A DNA stretch of 64,000 nt, from assembly GCA_013416795.1 (NCBI GenBank), contig RQSC01000011.1, positions 174,721 through 238,720 of the forward strand. Direction: 5' to 3'. A program made the translations under genes and the position numbers. The notes below the pieces were generated by a model, which was not told where the DNA came from, ran no database searches, and saw nothing but the letters and a program-made list of their open reading frames with translations. Source of the DNA: Prasinococcaceae sp. CCMP 1430 (Eukaryota; Plantae; Prasinodermophyta). Below are positions 1-10,725 of this stretch, in pieces (positions within the stretch are counted from its first letter, which is position 1; each line of letters opens with the position of its first letter).

Positions 1-199
1 ACATCGCCGCCGCGCGCGCGGCGGAGGCGCGCTCGCACGGGGCGGCCTCGGCGCGCCGCGCGAGGACGGCAGAGAGGGGCGAGAGGGAGGCACGGGCCGG
101 GGGCGGGGGCGCCCTCGCCCCCCCCCCGCTCGCGCGCAAAAAGAGCGCGCGCCGCGCGGGCGGTGTGGCGAGCGCACGTACGCGCGAACCAGCGTGGAC

Positions 200-400
<201 letters not shown>

Positions 401-644
401 ACCGCATCCGCACGAGCCGAGCGGCGTCGTGCGGTTTAGGTTTTGATTACGGTTAAACGTCCGTTACGAACGTGGGCCACGCGTCCACATGCGCATGCAT
501 TCTGACCTTCGTCTGCGCCGTACTGGCGCCGTGGCTGGCCTGTACGAGTAGGGTTCGAAGGACGGTGCGTTTTGATGGTGTTTTTCTCGCGTTGGGCGGG
601 TGCGCTGCGGCGGCGCCGGCGCCACAGCGTGCGGGGTGGTGGTG

Positions 645-2863
645 ATGTGTGTGGGGGAAGGAGCTGTTGGTGGTGGGGTTGCGGTGGCGGCGGCGGCGGC
701 CGTGGCGGCGCTCGCGCTCGGGGTGGGGCTGGGCTCGGCGGCCGCAAACGAGGAGGGGCCGCCGCTCGTTGTGGTCGCCGATCGTGTCTTGGTTGCCGCG
801 AGCGGTCGCGCCGCCGATGTGCGCGCATTGAAGCCCGCCGCAATCGAGGTGAACGCCGACGGCACCATCGAGCGCGTTGCGCGCGGCGAGCGCGCCATCG
901 GCACCGTGCTCTCCAAGGCGCGTCGTGCCAACGTGTACGTAAGGCGCCGGCGCGCTTCCACGCGTTCGCGCGTGCGGCCCGCAGCACGCTGACACAGCCA
1001 CGCGCGTGCCACGTTGCCTTCCCTTCCCCTCCTCCCTCGTCCCGCATTGAAACTGCCTCCAACATCTCGCCGCTCCGTGTCGGCGAGCACAGCCGCGTGA
1101 TTGACGTGCGAGCCACAAGCGCAGTAGTCTACCCGGGACTTGCCGACTACCACACGCACGTGGTGGCGGGCGGCATGCTCCTCACGGGCCGGAAGGTCGA
1201 TCTGAGCGGCGTTTCGACGAAGACGGAGTTCGTCGCCGCCGTCAAGGATGCTGCCGGAGCGCTCGAGCCCGGAGAGTGGATGCTCGGCGGCGGCTGGGAC
1301 GCATCGGCGTTCGCTGCCGGCGAGGGGCCGAAGCGAGCGTGGCTGGACGGTGCGCTCGGCAGCAGCGTGCCCGCGCTGCTGCACTCGCACGACATGCACT
1401 CGGCGGTGGCGAGCAGCGCCGCGCTTGACGCCGCAGGCGTGGATGATGGTGCGGTGGACCCACCTGGCGGAAGTTACGCTCGCGACAGCTACGGCCGCCT
1501 CACCGGCGTCCTGGTAGACGAGGCCGCGGCCCATGTGCTTTCGTTCGCACCGCCCGCACCCCTCACCGCGCGCTTGGAGGCCGCTCACGCCGCCTCGCGC
1601 GCCGCTGCCAAGGTGGGTGCCACGCTGCTGTGTGACATGACAGACATCTCAGTCCCGCAAGAGATGGCCTTCGCCGATCTGCAGGACGTGTACGCCAGCG
1701 CCGCCTCGCAGTCGCTGCTCTCGACGCGCGTTTTCGCCTACGCTCCGCTTTCGCAGCGCGCAAAGCTGGCTGCCCTCGTCAAGTCAAAGGGCTACACAGA
1801 CTCCACCGGCATGGTGAGCTGGGGCGGCCTCAAGGCCTTCTTTGACGGCAGTCTGGGGTCGCGCAGTGCGCTCTTTGACGCGCCATACGAAGGTGAGGAT
1901 GCTGAGGAAGGGAACGCGGGCCTCAATGTCACCTCGATCGCACATATCAAGGCCGAGGCGCGCGCAGGTGCCGAGGCGGGGCTGTCTCTGGCGGTGCATG
2001 CGATCGGGGACAAAGCAGTGCGCGAAGTGTCGCGCTCGCTCCGGCTCGTGCGCACGCCGCCGGCGCACACGGGGTGTGGCATTGTGGACAAAGGCACGCA
2101 CCGCGTGGAGCATGTGCAGCACCTTCCACGCGAGTGGGCAAGGGGCCCACACGCCGCCAAGGCCATGCGCGATTCGATGGGCACCTTAACTGCCAGTGTG
2201 CAGCCGTTGCAGTACTCAGACGACAAGCACGTGCTGGCCCGTGCGGTCGGGGACGAGCGCGCCTCTCACTCCTATGCATTCGCATCTCTGGCGAAGTCAG
2301 CGAGTCGAGTGGCAATGGGGTCCGACTGGCCTATAGCGCAGCTCGATCCACTCGCGGCGATGGCCAGCGCCGTCCTCGAGCGCGCCGAAGCGGGCGACGG
2401 ACAGGAGATGGAGTGCGTGCGCGCGTGCGCGCATTTGCGAACGCGTGACGCCGGCCAAATCGCTTTCGCACACCTCCGGGGTGTGCTCGTGGGTGCTGCC
2501 TGCGCGCGCGCTTTCTCGTGGGTTTTCCTGGCCGCGCACGCAGGCGCACACCGATTCGGTGTCCGGGTGTGCGTGCGTAGCTGACACTCGTGCGCGCTTG
2601 CCCCGCGCAGCGTGATTGACGCGATTAGTGGCTCGCTTGCCGTGTCCCTCGCTGGAGGCTCCAACGCCGACTTTATCATCCTCGACGGTGACCCTGTCGA
2701 AGCAATCGATAACGCGACGCGCACGCGGCTGGACACGACGGCGCGTGCACCATACGCACCGCCGAGTATGCCGCACGTGCTCCAGACATACGTTGGGGGA
2801 CGCTGCGTCCACGGCTGTGATGCGGATGGCTCTGCGGACGGAGTGACCCACGAAGAGCTTTAA
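645..2863 (+). CDS. Amidohydrolase family 3 (YtcJ/LAF3-like metal-dependent hydrolase) with N-terminal hydrophobic anchor
   Basis: Motifs PGLADYHTH, AVHAIGD, RVEHVQH, GSDWP and ADFIILDGDP. Probable introns 939-997 (less certain) and 2413-2610 (GA|gtgcgt...cgcag|C). Start ATG at 645 is inferred; stop TAA at 2861-2863. Confidence 0.85.
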
Positions 2864-2888
2864 CATCTGCGCGGACATTTTAGTTAAA

Positions 2889-4125
2889 TTAGGCATTTGA
2901 GGGCAGCGTGTACACGACATCAGTCCTGCGTTGCCGCGCGCGCACCATAAATGGGGTCAGCGGCGCACAACCGCGCGCGACCGTCCACGCGCGCACGCGA
3001 GCGCACGCGCGTACGGACGCGTTGCATCCTCACCTCGCGACGAACTTGGTCCCCCGCGTGACTGCGCTGCCCTCGTGCACTGGTGCTCCACCGGCGCGGT
3101 ACCCGGAGTGGCCCTGCGGAAAGACTAGCACGCAACCTTTTCGCGGCGTGGCGCGCGTCGCTCGCATGGCGTGAGGCGCGGCGGCGGCGGCCGAGTAAAA
3201 GGTGGTGTGGCCGCCGTCGAAGTCCTCGCCGCCGCCGCTGTTCAAGTAGATCAGAAATGTCAGCCTGGAGCGAGCCTTGCCGCCGCTCGAGTCGAACTTG
3301 TACTCCCATTCGCGGCTGACGTTGCCAGCCCCGCTGGGCCCTGCGCCCGTGCCTGACCGTGCGCCGGCTGCGGCGCGCCCATCCGCGCGCCCGTTGCTCG
3401 CCTCGGCCCCGTTGCCACCACCTCGGCGTTCAACGCCACTCGGCGGCCAGTCGCCGTCCACGTGGGGGCGGTACACAGCCCCCTGCGTATAACGGTAGAT
3501 GCGCCACCGCCTGTTGAGCGAGTGCAGCTGCCCACCGTCCGGGGACACGCGCGGCAGCAGCGGTGCGACGCGTTCCCACAGGCGCTCCTGCACGGCGTCA
3601 TCTGCGCACCACACGCACGCGTCGATGCCTGCACCAGCTGCGGCCGCCGCGGGCGCTTGGCCCCGCGCGTCCGCGCTGGCACCCTCCGCGGCGTCGACCG
3701 CCCACCGTTGCCCCGCGGCGGCCTCGCCGCCGTCCCCTTCGACCGTAGGCAGCTCCGGTTCGTCAGGGGTAAAGCCCATCGCTTTCGCCGCCGCCAGGAG
3801 CGCGTCGCACTCCGCTGGGGCTAGCACGCCGCTCAGTAGCATCGCGCCGTCCACCTCGGGCCAGTCGTGGCGCGCCGCCACCACCGGCGTGGCGCGTTCG
3901 CCGCCCTCGGCGAGGGCCACCGGCGCGGCGCCGCGCTTGGGCGTGGCGTACACAACCAGGTCGTGCCGGTTACGCGGGCGGCGCTGCCAGCCGGGTTGCC
4001 GTAGCACTGGCACGTACCAGCCCCGCCCATCGGCGTCGTCGCTTGAGCCAACGCCAACGCCACGCTCTTCGCCGCCGCCGCCGCCGCATTCGCCTCCGTT
4101 GTCGCACGCCGTGCCGCTGCCACTG

Positions 4126-4156
<31 letters not shown>

Positions 4157-5486
4157 TCCCGTCCTGCCCAACTTCGCCACCCCCTCCGCCACCATGGTCC
4201 GCGCCCACGCCCGCGGCGGGATCGAAGGGTGGCAGCTCCTCACACCCGCGCGCCCCCGCCTCCAGCGCCTCGGGGGGCGCTGCGCCCGCGCGCGCGGCGA
4301 GCAGGCACGCCAGGCGGCGCAGCGAGCCCTCGCGGTCGCCCGGCGCGTCGCAGGCGCGCACGAGTAGCAGCCACGAGAGCTCGTCGGCGCCGCACGCGGG
4401 CTTGAAGTCCCCGCGAGCGCAGCGCGACGCGAGGGTGAGCGCCGCCGCCGCAGCGCCGGGAGAGCGCTCGCACTCGCGCACGCACGCGATGGCGGCGCAG
4501 CGCACGGCGACGGGGCCAGGCGCCATCGCAGTGGCGCCCGCTGCCGTCGCGGCCTCCATCTCCGTGAGCAGCCCCAGCGCGTCGGCGGAGCGCCCCCCGC
4601 GCGCGCACGCGGCGACGGCCGCCGTGTACGCGCGTGCATCTGCTGCGCCGGCCGCACGCGCGCGGCCGAGCGCTTCCAGCGCCTGGCCAGCCCGCCCCGC
4701 GCGCGCACAGGCGGAGATAGCCGCCGCCCACTCAGCGCCCGTCGGCGCCGCCGCTGCAGCGTCCTCACCCAGCCCCTCCGCAGCGTCTGCCAGCTCGCCC
4801 ACGGCATCCAGCGCCTCACGCCAGCGGCCGGCGTCGCGCAGCACAGCCAGTAGCGCTGCGTTTAGCACGCCACCCGCGCGCGCGCCGCCCGTGGTCGCGC
4901 CTGCGTTGACGCCGATACCCGCGGCTCGTGCACGCCTGCGCGCACGCGCGTGTGGAGGGGCGCACGCAGCAGGTGCGCGCGCGTGTGTGCGTCAGCCGGA
5001 GCCTGAAGGGAGGGGCCTGACGGCGCGTTCCGTCTCGCGCGGTCTATGCGCGCGTGCGCACCTCCATACTCGTAGCGCGTCGCGCCATCGCTCGTGCGCG
5101 CGCTGCCTGCACGCCTTGAGCGCGGCGGCGTACGCGCCCTCGGCGCCCGGCAGGTCGACGGCAGGGACGCCCACGCGCAGGTCCTCCTCCATCGCGCCGA
5201 GCGCCGCCCAGATTGCCGCCATCACGCCAGGTGCGGGGCCCGCGCCATGTGTGTTCCGTGCGGGGGAGGGCTCGCCGCTGGCGGCGCCGCAGGCGGCGTT
5301 GGCGTCGGTGTTGGCGGTGGGGGCGGCGATGGCCTCTTCGGCGTTATCGTCGGCGGCGTGCCTGCGTATGGCGGCGGCGTACGCGGCGCCACGTGCCGCG
5401 GGCAGGCGCCGCTCGGCGCGCGCACGCATGCGCGCGAGCAGCTCGTGGGGTTGCGCGGCCTGTCATCGCTCGCAGTCGAGCAGGCG
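2889..5486 (-). CDS. PPR-like repeat protein fused to a C-terminal 2OG-Fe(II) dioxygenase (P4H-like) domain; 5' end lost at N5487
   Basis: PPR-like units such as AYAAALKAC..WRDALRVWRRARAAGI, EWAAAISACARAGRAGQAL and AYTAAVAACARGGRSADALGLLTEM. Dioxygenase motifs YRPHVDG, LTFLIYLN, GGHTTF and HEGSAVTRGTKFVARTDVVY. Introns 4936-5061 and 2926-3033 restore the frame; stop TAA at 2889-2891. Confidence 0.8.
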
Positions 5487-5487
5487 N

Positions 5488-7563
5488 CCCGCGGCTGCGG
5501 CCGCCGCCGCTGCGAATGGCGGCGGAGGAGGCGGAGGAGGCAGCGGGGGAGGGGGGGAGGGGGGCGGCCTGCCGCTGCCGGTGGCGCTCGCAGCGGACGC
5601 GCTGGTGGCGGCGGTGCGCGCGACGGACAAGCTGGTGGTGGTGGGCGAGACGGGCAGCGGCAAGACGACGCTCCTGCCGCAGCTCATCCTCGACCGCGTT
5701 CTGGGCGGCGGCGCGCCGAGCGGCGGCGTGGTGGTCGCGCAGCCGCGGCGCGTGGCGGCGACGTCGGTGGCGAGGCGTGTCGCCGCCGAGCGCGGCGTGC
5801 CGCTCGGCGGCGAGGTGGGGTACGCCGTGCGGTTCGACGAGAAGGCGGACGCGCGCGTCACGCGGCTCAAGTACGTCACAGACGGATTGCTGGTGCGCGA
5901 GGCATTGCTCGACGGCACGCTCGCGCGCTACGCCGTCGCCGTGGTCGACGAAGCGCACGAGCGCTCAGTGCACACCGACGTGCTGCTCGGCGTGCTCGTG
6001 CGTGCGCAGCGTGCACGGCGAGCGGCGCACGACGCCGCGGCAGCGCGCGCCGCGGCGGGTGACGCGCGTGCTCTGGACGGCGTGCCGCCGCCGCTCAAGC
6101 TGCTCGTCATGAGCGCGACGCTCGACGCCGATGCCTTCCTCGACTTTCTGGGCGACGGCGCCGACGCGGTGTACGTCGCTGGCCGCTCGCACCCCGTGGA
6201 GGTGCTCTACACGCGCTCCCCGGAGCCGGACGTGCTCGAGGCCGCCCTGCTGGCGGTGGTGCAGGTGCACCTCGATGAGCGCCCCGGCGGCGTGCTTGTC
6301 TTCCTCACAGGTCAGGAGGAGATCGAGAGCGCGGAGTCACTGCTGAAGGAGCGCGCGCGCCTCCTTCCCGCCGCCGCGGGGCCGCTGCAGGTGCTGCCGC
6401 TCTTCGCCGCGCAGACGGCCGACCTTCAGGAGCGCGTCTTCGCGCCCGTGCCGGAGGGCCACCGGCGCGTCATCCTCGCCACCACCATCGCCGAGACCTC
6501 TCTCACGCTGCCGGGAGTTCGCTACGTTGTCGACACGGGACTCTGTAAGGCGCGCGCCTTCAACGCGCGCACTGGCGTCGATGCGCTCGTCGTAACGCCC
6601 GTCTCAAAGGCGGCCGCGCGGCAGCGCGCGGGGCGCGCGGGGCGCGAGGCGCCGGGCAAGTGCTTTCGCCTGTACACGGAGCGCGCCTTCGACCAGCTGA
6701 AGGCCACCGCCCCCCCCGAGATCCTGCGCTGCCACCTCGCGTCTATCGTGCTGCAGCTCAAGGCGATGGGCATCAAGGACGTGGCGGGTTTCGAGTTCAT
6801 GGCCGCGCCGCCGCGCAGCGCGCTGCTGCGCGCACTGGAGCAGCTGTACGCGCTGGGCGCGCTCGACGACAACGGAGAGCTCACGCGGCCGCTGGGCGAG
6901 CAGATGGCCGCGCTGCCGCTCGAGCCCATGGCTGCCAAGATGGTGTTGCGCTCGGGCGCGCACGGCTGCGCGCGCGAGGCGCTCGCGCTGGCGGGCATGA
7001 TGAGCGTCGACGCTATCTTCGTGAGCCCGCGCGCCAAGCACGAGCAGGCGGCCGCCGCAAGGCGGAAGCTCGGGGCCTCGCAGGGGGACCACCTCACGCT
7101 GCTCAACGTCTTCAGGGCCTTCCGCGAGGTGTCGGACAAGGGCGAGGCCGCGTGGTGCCGCGAGCGCTTCGTGTCGCGCCGCGCGCTGCTCAAGGCCTTC
7201 AGCGTGGCCAACCAGCTCGTGCGGTACGGCGAGGGCGCGGGGATCGACACCGAGTCGTCGTGCGGAAACAACCTCGAGCCGCTGCGCCGGTGCCTCGCGG
7301 AGGGCTTCTTCCTCCACGCGGCGCGGGCCATGCCCGACGGCTCGTACAAGTGCCTCGCGAGTGGCCAAGTGGTAAGCGTGCACCCCAGCAGCGTGCTGGG
7401 CGGCGCGCAGCGCGCGCGCCACCCGTGCGTGGTCTATTCGGAGCTCGTTCGCACCACGAAGGTGTGGATGCGCGACGTGACCGCGATCGAGCCGCGCTGG
7501 CTGGCGGAGCTCGCACCGAGGTTCTACGCGAGCGCGCCCGCCGCGGGCGTGCACGAGGACTGA
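5488..7563 (+). CDS. DEAH-box RNA helicase (DHX33/RID1-like); start probably lost at N5487
   Basis: GETGSGKTT, QPRRVAA, DEAHER, MSAT, TTIAETSLT and QRAGRAGRE motifs, then HA2 and OB-fold-like C-terminus; a single long exon. Confidence 0.92.
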   Translation, partial: PAAAAAAAANGGGGGGGGSGGGGEGGGLPLPVALAADALVAAVRATDKLVVVGETGSGKTTLLPQLILDRVLGGGAPSGGVVVAQPRRVAATSVARRVAAERGVPLGGEVGYAVRFDEKADARVTRLKYVTDGLLVREALLDGTLARYAVAVVDEAHERSVHTDVLLGVLVRAQRARRAAHDAAAARAAAGDARALDGVPPPLKLLVMSATLDADAFLDFLGDGADAVYVAGRSHPVEVLYTRSPEPDVLEAALLAVVQVHLDERPGGVLVFLTGQEEIESAESLLKERARLLPAAAGPLQVLPLFAAQTADLQERVFAPVPEGHRRVILATTIAETSLTLPGVRYVVDTGLCKARAFNARTGVDALVVTPVSKAAARQRAGRAGREAPGKCFRLYTERAFDQLKATAPPEILRCHLASIVLQLKAMGIKDVAGFEFMAAPPRSALLRALEQLYALGALDDNGELTRPLGEQMAALPLEPMAAKMVLRSGAHGCAREALALAGMMSVDAIFVSPRAKHEQAAAARRKLGASQGDHLTLLNVFRAFREVSDKGEAAWCRERFVSRRALLKAFSVANQLVRYGEGAGIDTESSCGNNLEPLRRCLAEGFFLHAARAMPDGSYKCLASGQVVSVHPSSVLGGAQRARHPCVVYSELVRTTKVWMRDVTAIEPRWLAELAPRFYASAPAAGVHED

Positions 7564-7693
7564 CAAGAAAGTCGCCAGCAATGTAATGAGTAATATGTAT
7601 GCGTGACACGGCCGGCCACTTCCGTCTCCACTGCTGGCAGCACGCGTTTGCTCTCACACAAACTTGCTTGAACGCCTATGATCCTTGGCTTGC

Positions 7694-9440
7694 TCAGGGG
7701 CATCCGTTCTCGCTGAGGTCGATAGCAGGACACTCGAAGCTATTCTGCAGGGTCAGCGCCGTGCCAAGGTCGTCATTGCACTTCCACCCGCCTTTCTCGA
7801 GCATCACGCTGGGGTCCATGGGGTCGGCGTCCGTGCACTCGGTCGCATCAACGAGCTGCACTGACTGGTCAAAGACCCGCTTCATGTCCCACAGGATGCG
7901 AGTGGCGCGCTCGTACGAGAACGAGGTGTCGATGGGCCATGAGACCATCTGGCCAGTCTCCATGGCGGGGTGGTTGAACGTCCAGCCGCGCTCCTCGTCC
8001 GAGAGCACAATGTGGTCGTTGTGGAAGCGGCCGTCGTAGAGGAACACGTCCGCCCCCGGGAAGCCCTCCGGAATCTCGCCGCTCGTCGAGTTGTACTGGA
8101 CCCACTCCCAGTAGCTCCCACGATCGTCGTTGACCTCGACATGCACCATTGGCACGCCCAGCTGCTCGAGCATGATCAGAATGGGGTCGTGCGTAGGCTG
8201 CGCCAGGTACATCGTGTCGGGCGCCATGCTGACCGCGAGCGCACGGACGCCATTTGATGCCATGAATTTGGCACTCGCGGCAAGCTCAGCAATGGCGGTC
8301 TTGAGCTGCTGGCAGTACACGGCGATGTCATGGTTGGTGTGACCATCGCCGCCGATGGCGGTGGCAAGACGCTGGAAGTTGGCGATGACCTCCAGGTAGC
8401 TGATGCCGCCCACGCGCATAGGGATGATCGGCAGTGGGTCAACGCCAGTGGAATCGGTCATGTTCGCGAGGCCCGCATTCTCGCCGAAAGACAAGAGCCC
8501 AGTGTGAGGCGCGTCATGTGCGCACTCACTCTCGTTCAGCGTGCAGTACGCGTAGTCGACGATCATGTCGGGCTGGACGTTTGGAGCACAGTCGGCGTGC
8601 AGTGCGAGACGACAAAATGAAAAGACCGCACAGCCACCATACAGTATTTAGTCAGGGTCAGAACACTCGTAGGCGCCCATTGCCACACTGGCAGCTATTT
8701 TCTGCTCACACACCGCAGCATGCCGCGCTCTGATTGTGATGCGCACCCAGCCTCAGGCTGTACCAACAGCTACGCGCTTTCACGCCGCAGTCAGCCTGAA
8801 GTTTATGGCGCGCCCCTCACCTGCAGCGCGGCGACCTTCTCGAGGTCCAGAGTGTTGCCCGTGCTGGCGTTGGTATCGAGCACTGACTCCATGCGCTCGA
8901 AGTGCGCGGACATGCACACTCCTGCGTGGCAGAGCTGATCCTGGCCCAGAGCGTCGCCGGAGTGGCTACACGGGCCGGGAAGGTGAGGGCCAGTGAGTGA
9001 AGAGCCAAGCAAGCAGCAACACAATACTAGTCAGCGGAAATGGGCGCGATTGTTGCAGCGTGCGGCGCCCGCGCGCGGCGGTGACGTGTGATCACTGCGG
9101 ATCCCTCAAGACACGCACCCGAAGTAGCCGACGAGGTGGTCGTGCAGGCCCATGTTCCAGAGCGTGTCGCACACATCGACGTGGCAGATGACGCGCGGAC
9201 TCTCCGCGGCGCCGCTTTGAGGACGGATGGATTGGCACACGTGCGCAGAGCGACTGTCAGCATTGAAGATGCAGACATACACGATCGTGGCAGGCAAGAT
9301 AGCACTCCCGTGCAACAATCAGCAAGCGCATCCAACCTGTACGTGTGGCCCATCCCATTGTCGTAGGACCAGCCGTTGGCGAGCGTCGGCGCCAGCGCGA
9401 ACACTGCTAGCGAGGCTGCGAAGGCTGCGAGACGCGCCAT
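7694..9440 (-). CDS. Secreted Fe-siderophore periplasmic-binding-protein homologue (DesE/FhuD class, diatom FBP1-like)
   Basis: Four exons (9440-9337, 9214-9119, 8965-8821, 8572-7694) with canonical GT-AG sites and consistent phases. Signal peptide MARLAAFAASLAVFALAPTLA. Spliced motif LDLEKVAALQPDMIV, plus WSYDNGMG, LWNMGL..LVGYFG, LEQLGV..YWE, ADVFLYDGR and HPAMETGQMVSWP...FSY. Confidence 0.72.
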
Positions 9441-9998
9441 GGCTACGGCCGTCGGTCCTGGCAGGAAGCGCTAGCTAGACTGCCAAAAACTGCGCGATCG
9501 CGCGCGGGCAAGCGCGGGCGAGTGCCAGTGAGCAGGCAGGGGCTCAGCACTCCGTCCGCGCAGGTACGCTAGCTCCCGCTCCCTCCCGCTCCCCTGGCCG
9601 CGCACGCGCTCTGGCGGCCGCGCCTGCGGCAGCCGGCGGCGGCCGTCCCATGGCCGGCGTCGCCCGCGCCGTGCGGGCACCCTGCACCGCGCGTGTGGCC
9701 GGCACGCGCGTCGCCGGCGCGCAAAAATCCGCTTCAAAGCTGGCGCCGGGCAGCGCCAGTGGCACCGCAGCCGCGCCCCTTCGCCACAGCGCCCCCCTCA
9801 CCGCCCTCCTCAAAACGCACGCGCGGCGGGCGGGCGAGGCGCCCGAGGTCTCGGCGGGCGGGCGGGCTGGCGTGCCCCTTCACAAAGCTCGCAGCATCCG
9901 ATGCTCTCGACAAGTGAGCGATGCGATCGCACGCTCGCCGGGTACCTACTGAGCACTCTCGGGACTGGGAGTTCGCCGTCGGCGGTGGCGGCGCGTGG

Positions 9999-10077
9999 GC
10001 CAGTCACGTCTGTGAGTCTGGGCACGTGCCATGTCCTTTGAGTCTAGCCAGACACGTCAGCATGAGCTGCCAGACAG
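9999..10077. promoter_or_regulatory. Cluster of repeated ACGT-core and TGAGTC elements upstream of the siderophore-binding-like gene
   Basis: GCCAGTCACGTC at 9999-10010, perfect palindrome GGCACGTGCC at 10021-10030, GCCAGACACGTC at 10047-10058, GCCAGACAG at 10069-10077, and TGAGTCT twice (10013, 10039). Confidence 0.4.
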
Positions 10078-10725
10078 AAGCCGGTGCCGGCAGTTGCTTC
10101 TCTCATAACTTCCAATTCCCTGTGTATCTCTTTCAGTGTCCAAAAAAGTCGGAACTGTGAAGATGATCTTCAGGGTAAAGTTGCCTGTGTTCTGCCTCAG
10201 GCTCCGCAAGCTGCCCGTCGTTAGAGCAATAGTAGCCGAGGAAAATCAATTTGAGGTGGTAGCAAGAGCAAGGCACTTCCCTTGCGCGCGTGTGTGCAGC
10301 GAAGCGTACGTCGCGACGCGGGGTATGGCCAAACATGCACACTGGCACACGCACGCACGCACGCACGCGCTGGCACGCACGCACTGGCTCGCAAGCGCCC
10401 GCCCGCGCCCGTCTGCGAGCCAGCACGCGATTACTGTGCACGCTCACGGCGATGCAAAGAATCGCCCGCACACTGAATCTGCAGGCTATGTACGCCTGCG
10501 CGCCCGCCGGCGCTCGCCGGCGCGCCAGCGCGCCACGTGAACGGCCCGTCATGATCACACGCAAGAAATACACGCCGCCGCCGCGCACGCGCCCACCCTG
10601 TTGCAGGCGCAGCTCGCCCGCGCCTGGCGCCGCCGCGGGAGGTCGCAGGCGTGGTCGGTCGCGAGGCACTCTCTCGGGCACTCCGGCGGTCGCCTGCCGC
10701 TGAGCCCCGCCCAATGCGCGCGGGC

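Noticed and set aside
3499-5486. N-terminal 660 aa of the 1354-aa helicase ORF
   Set aside because: It is the antisense shadow of the PPR/2OG gene and crosses an N join; helicase homology starts only after 5488.
7676-7696. Possible selenocysteine read-through at GCP-TGA of the siderophore-binding-like gene
   Set aside because: No convincing SECIS (RUGA/GA quartet with an 11-12 bp helix and AA loop) in the short 3' region.
10100-10270. AT-richer stretch with an Sm-site-like TTTTTTGG, considered as snRNA/snoRNA or a cobalamin riboswitch
   Set aside because: No match by eye to U1, U2, U4, U5, U11, U12, U3 or B12-box consensus; cmscan would settle it.
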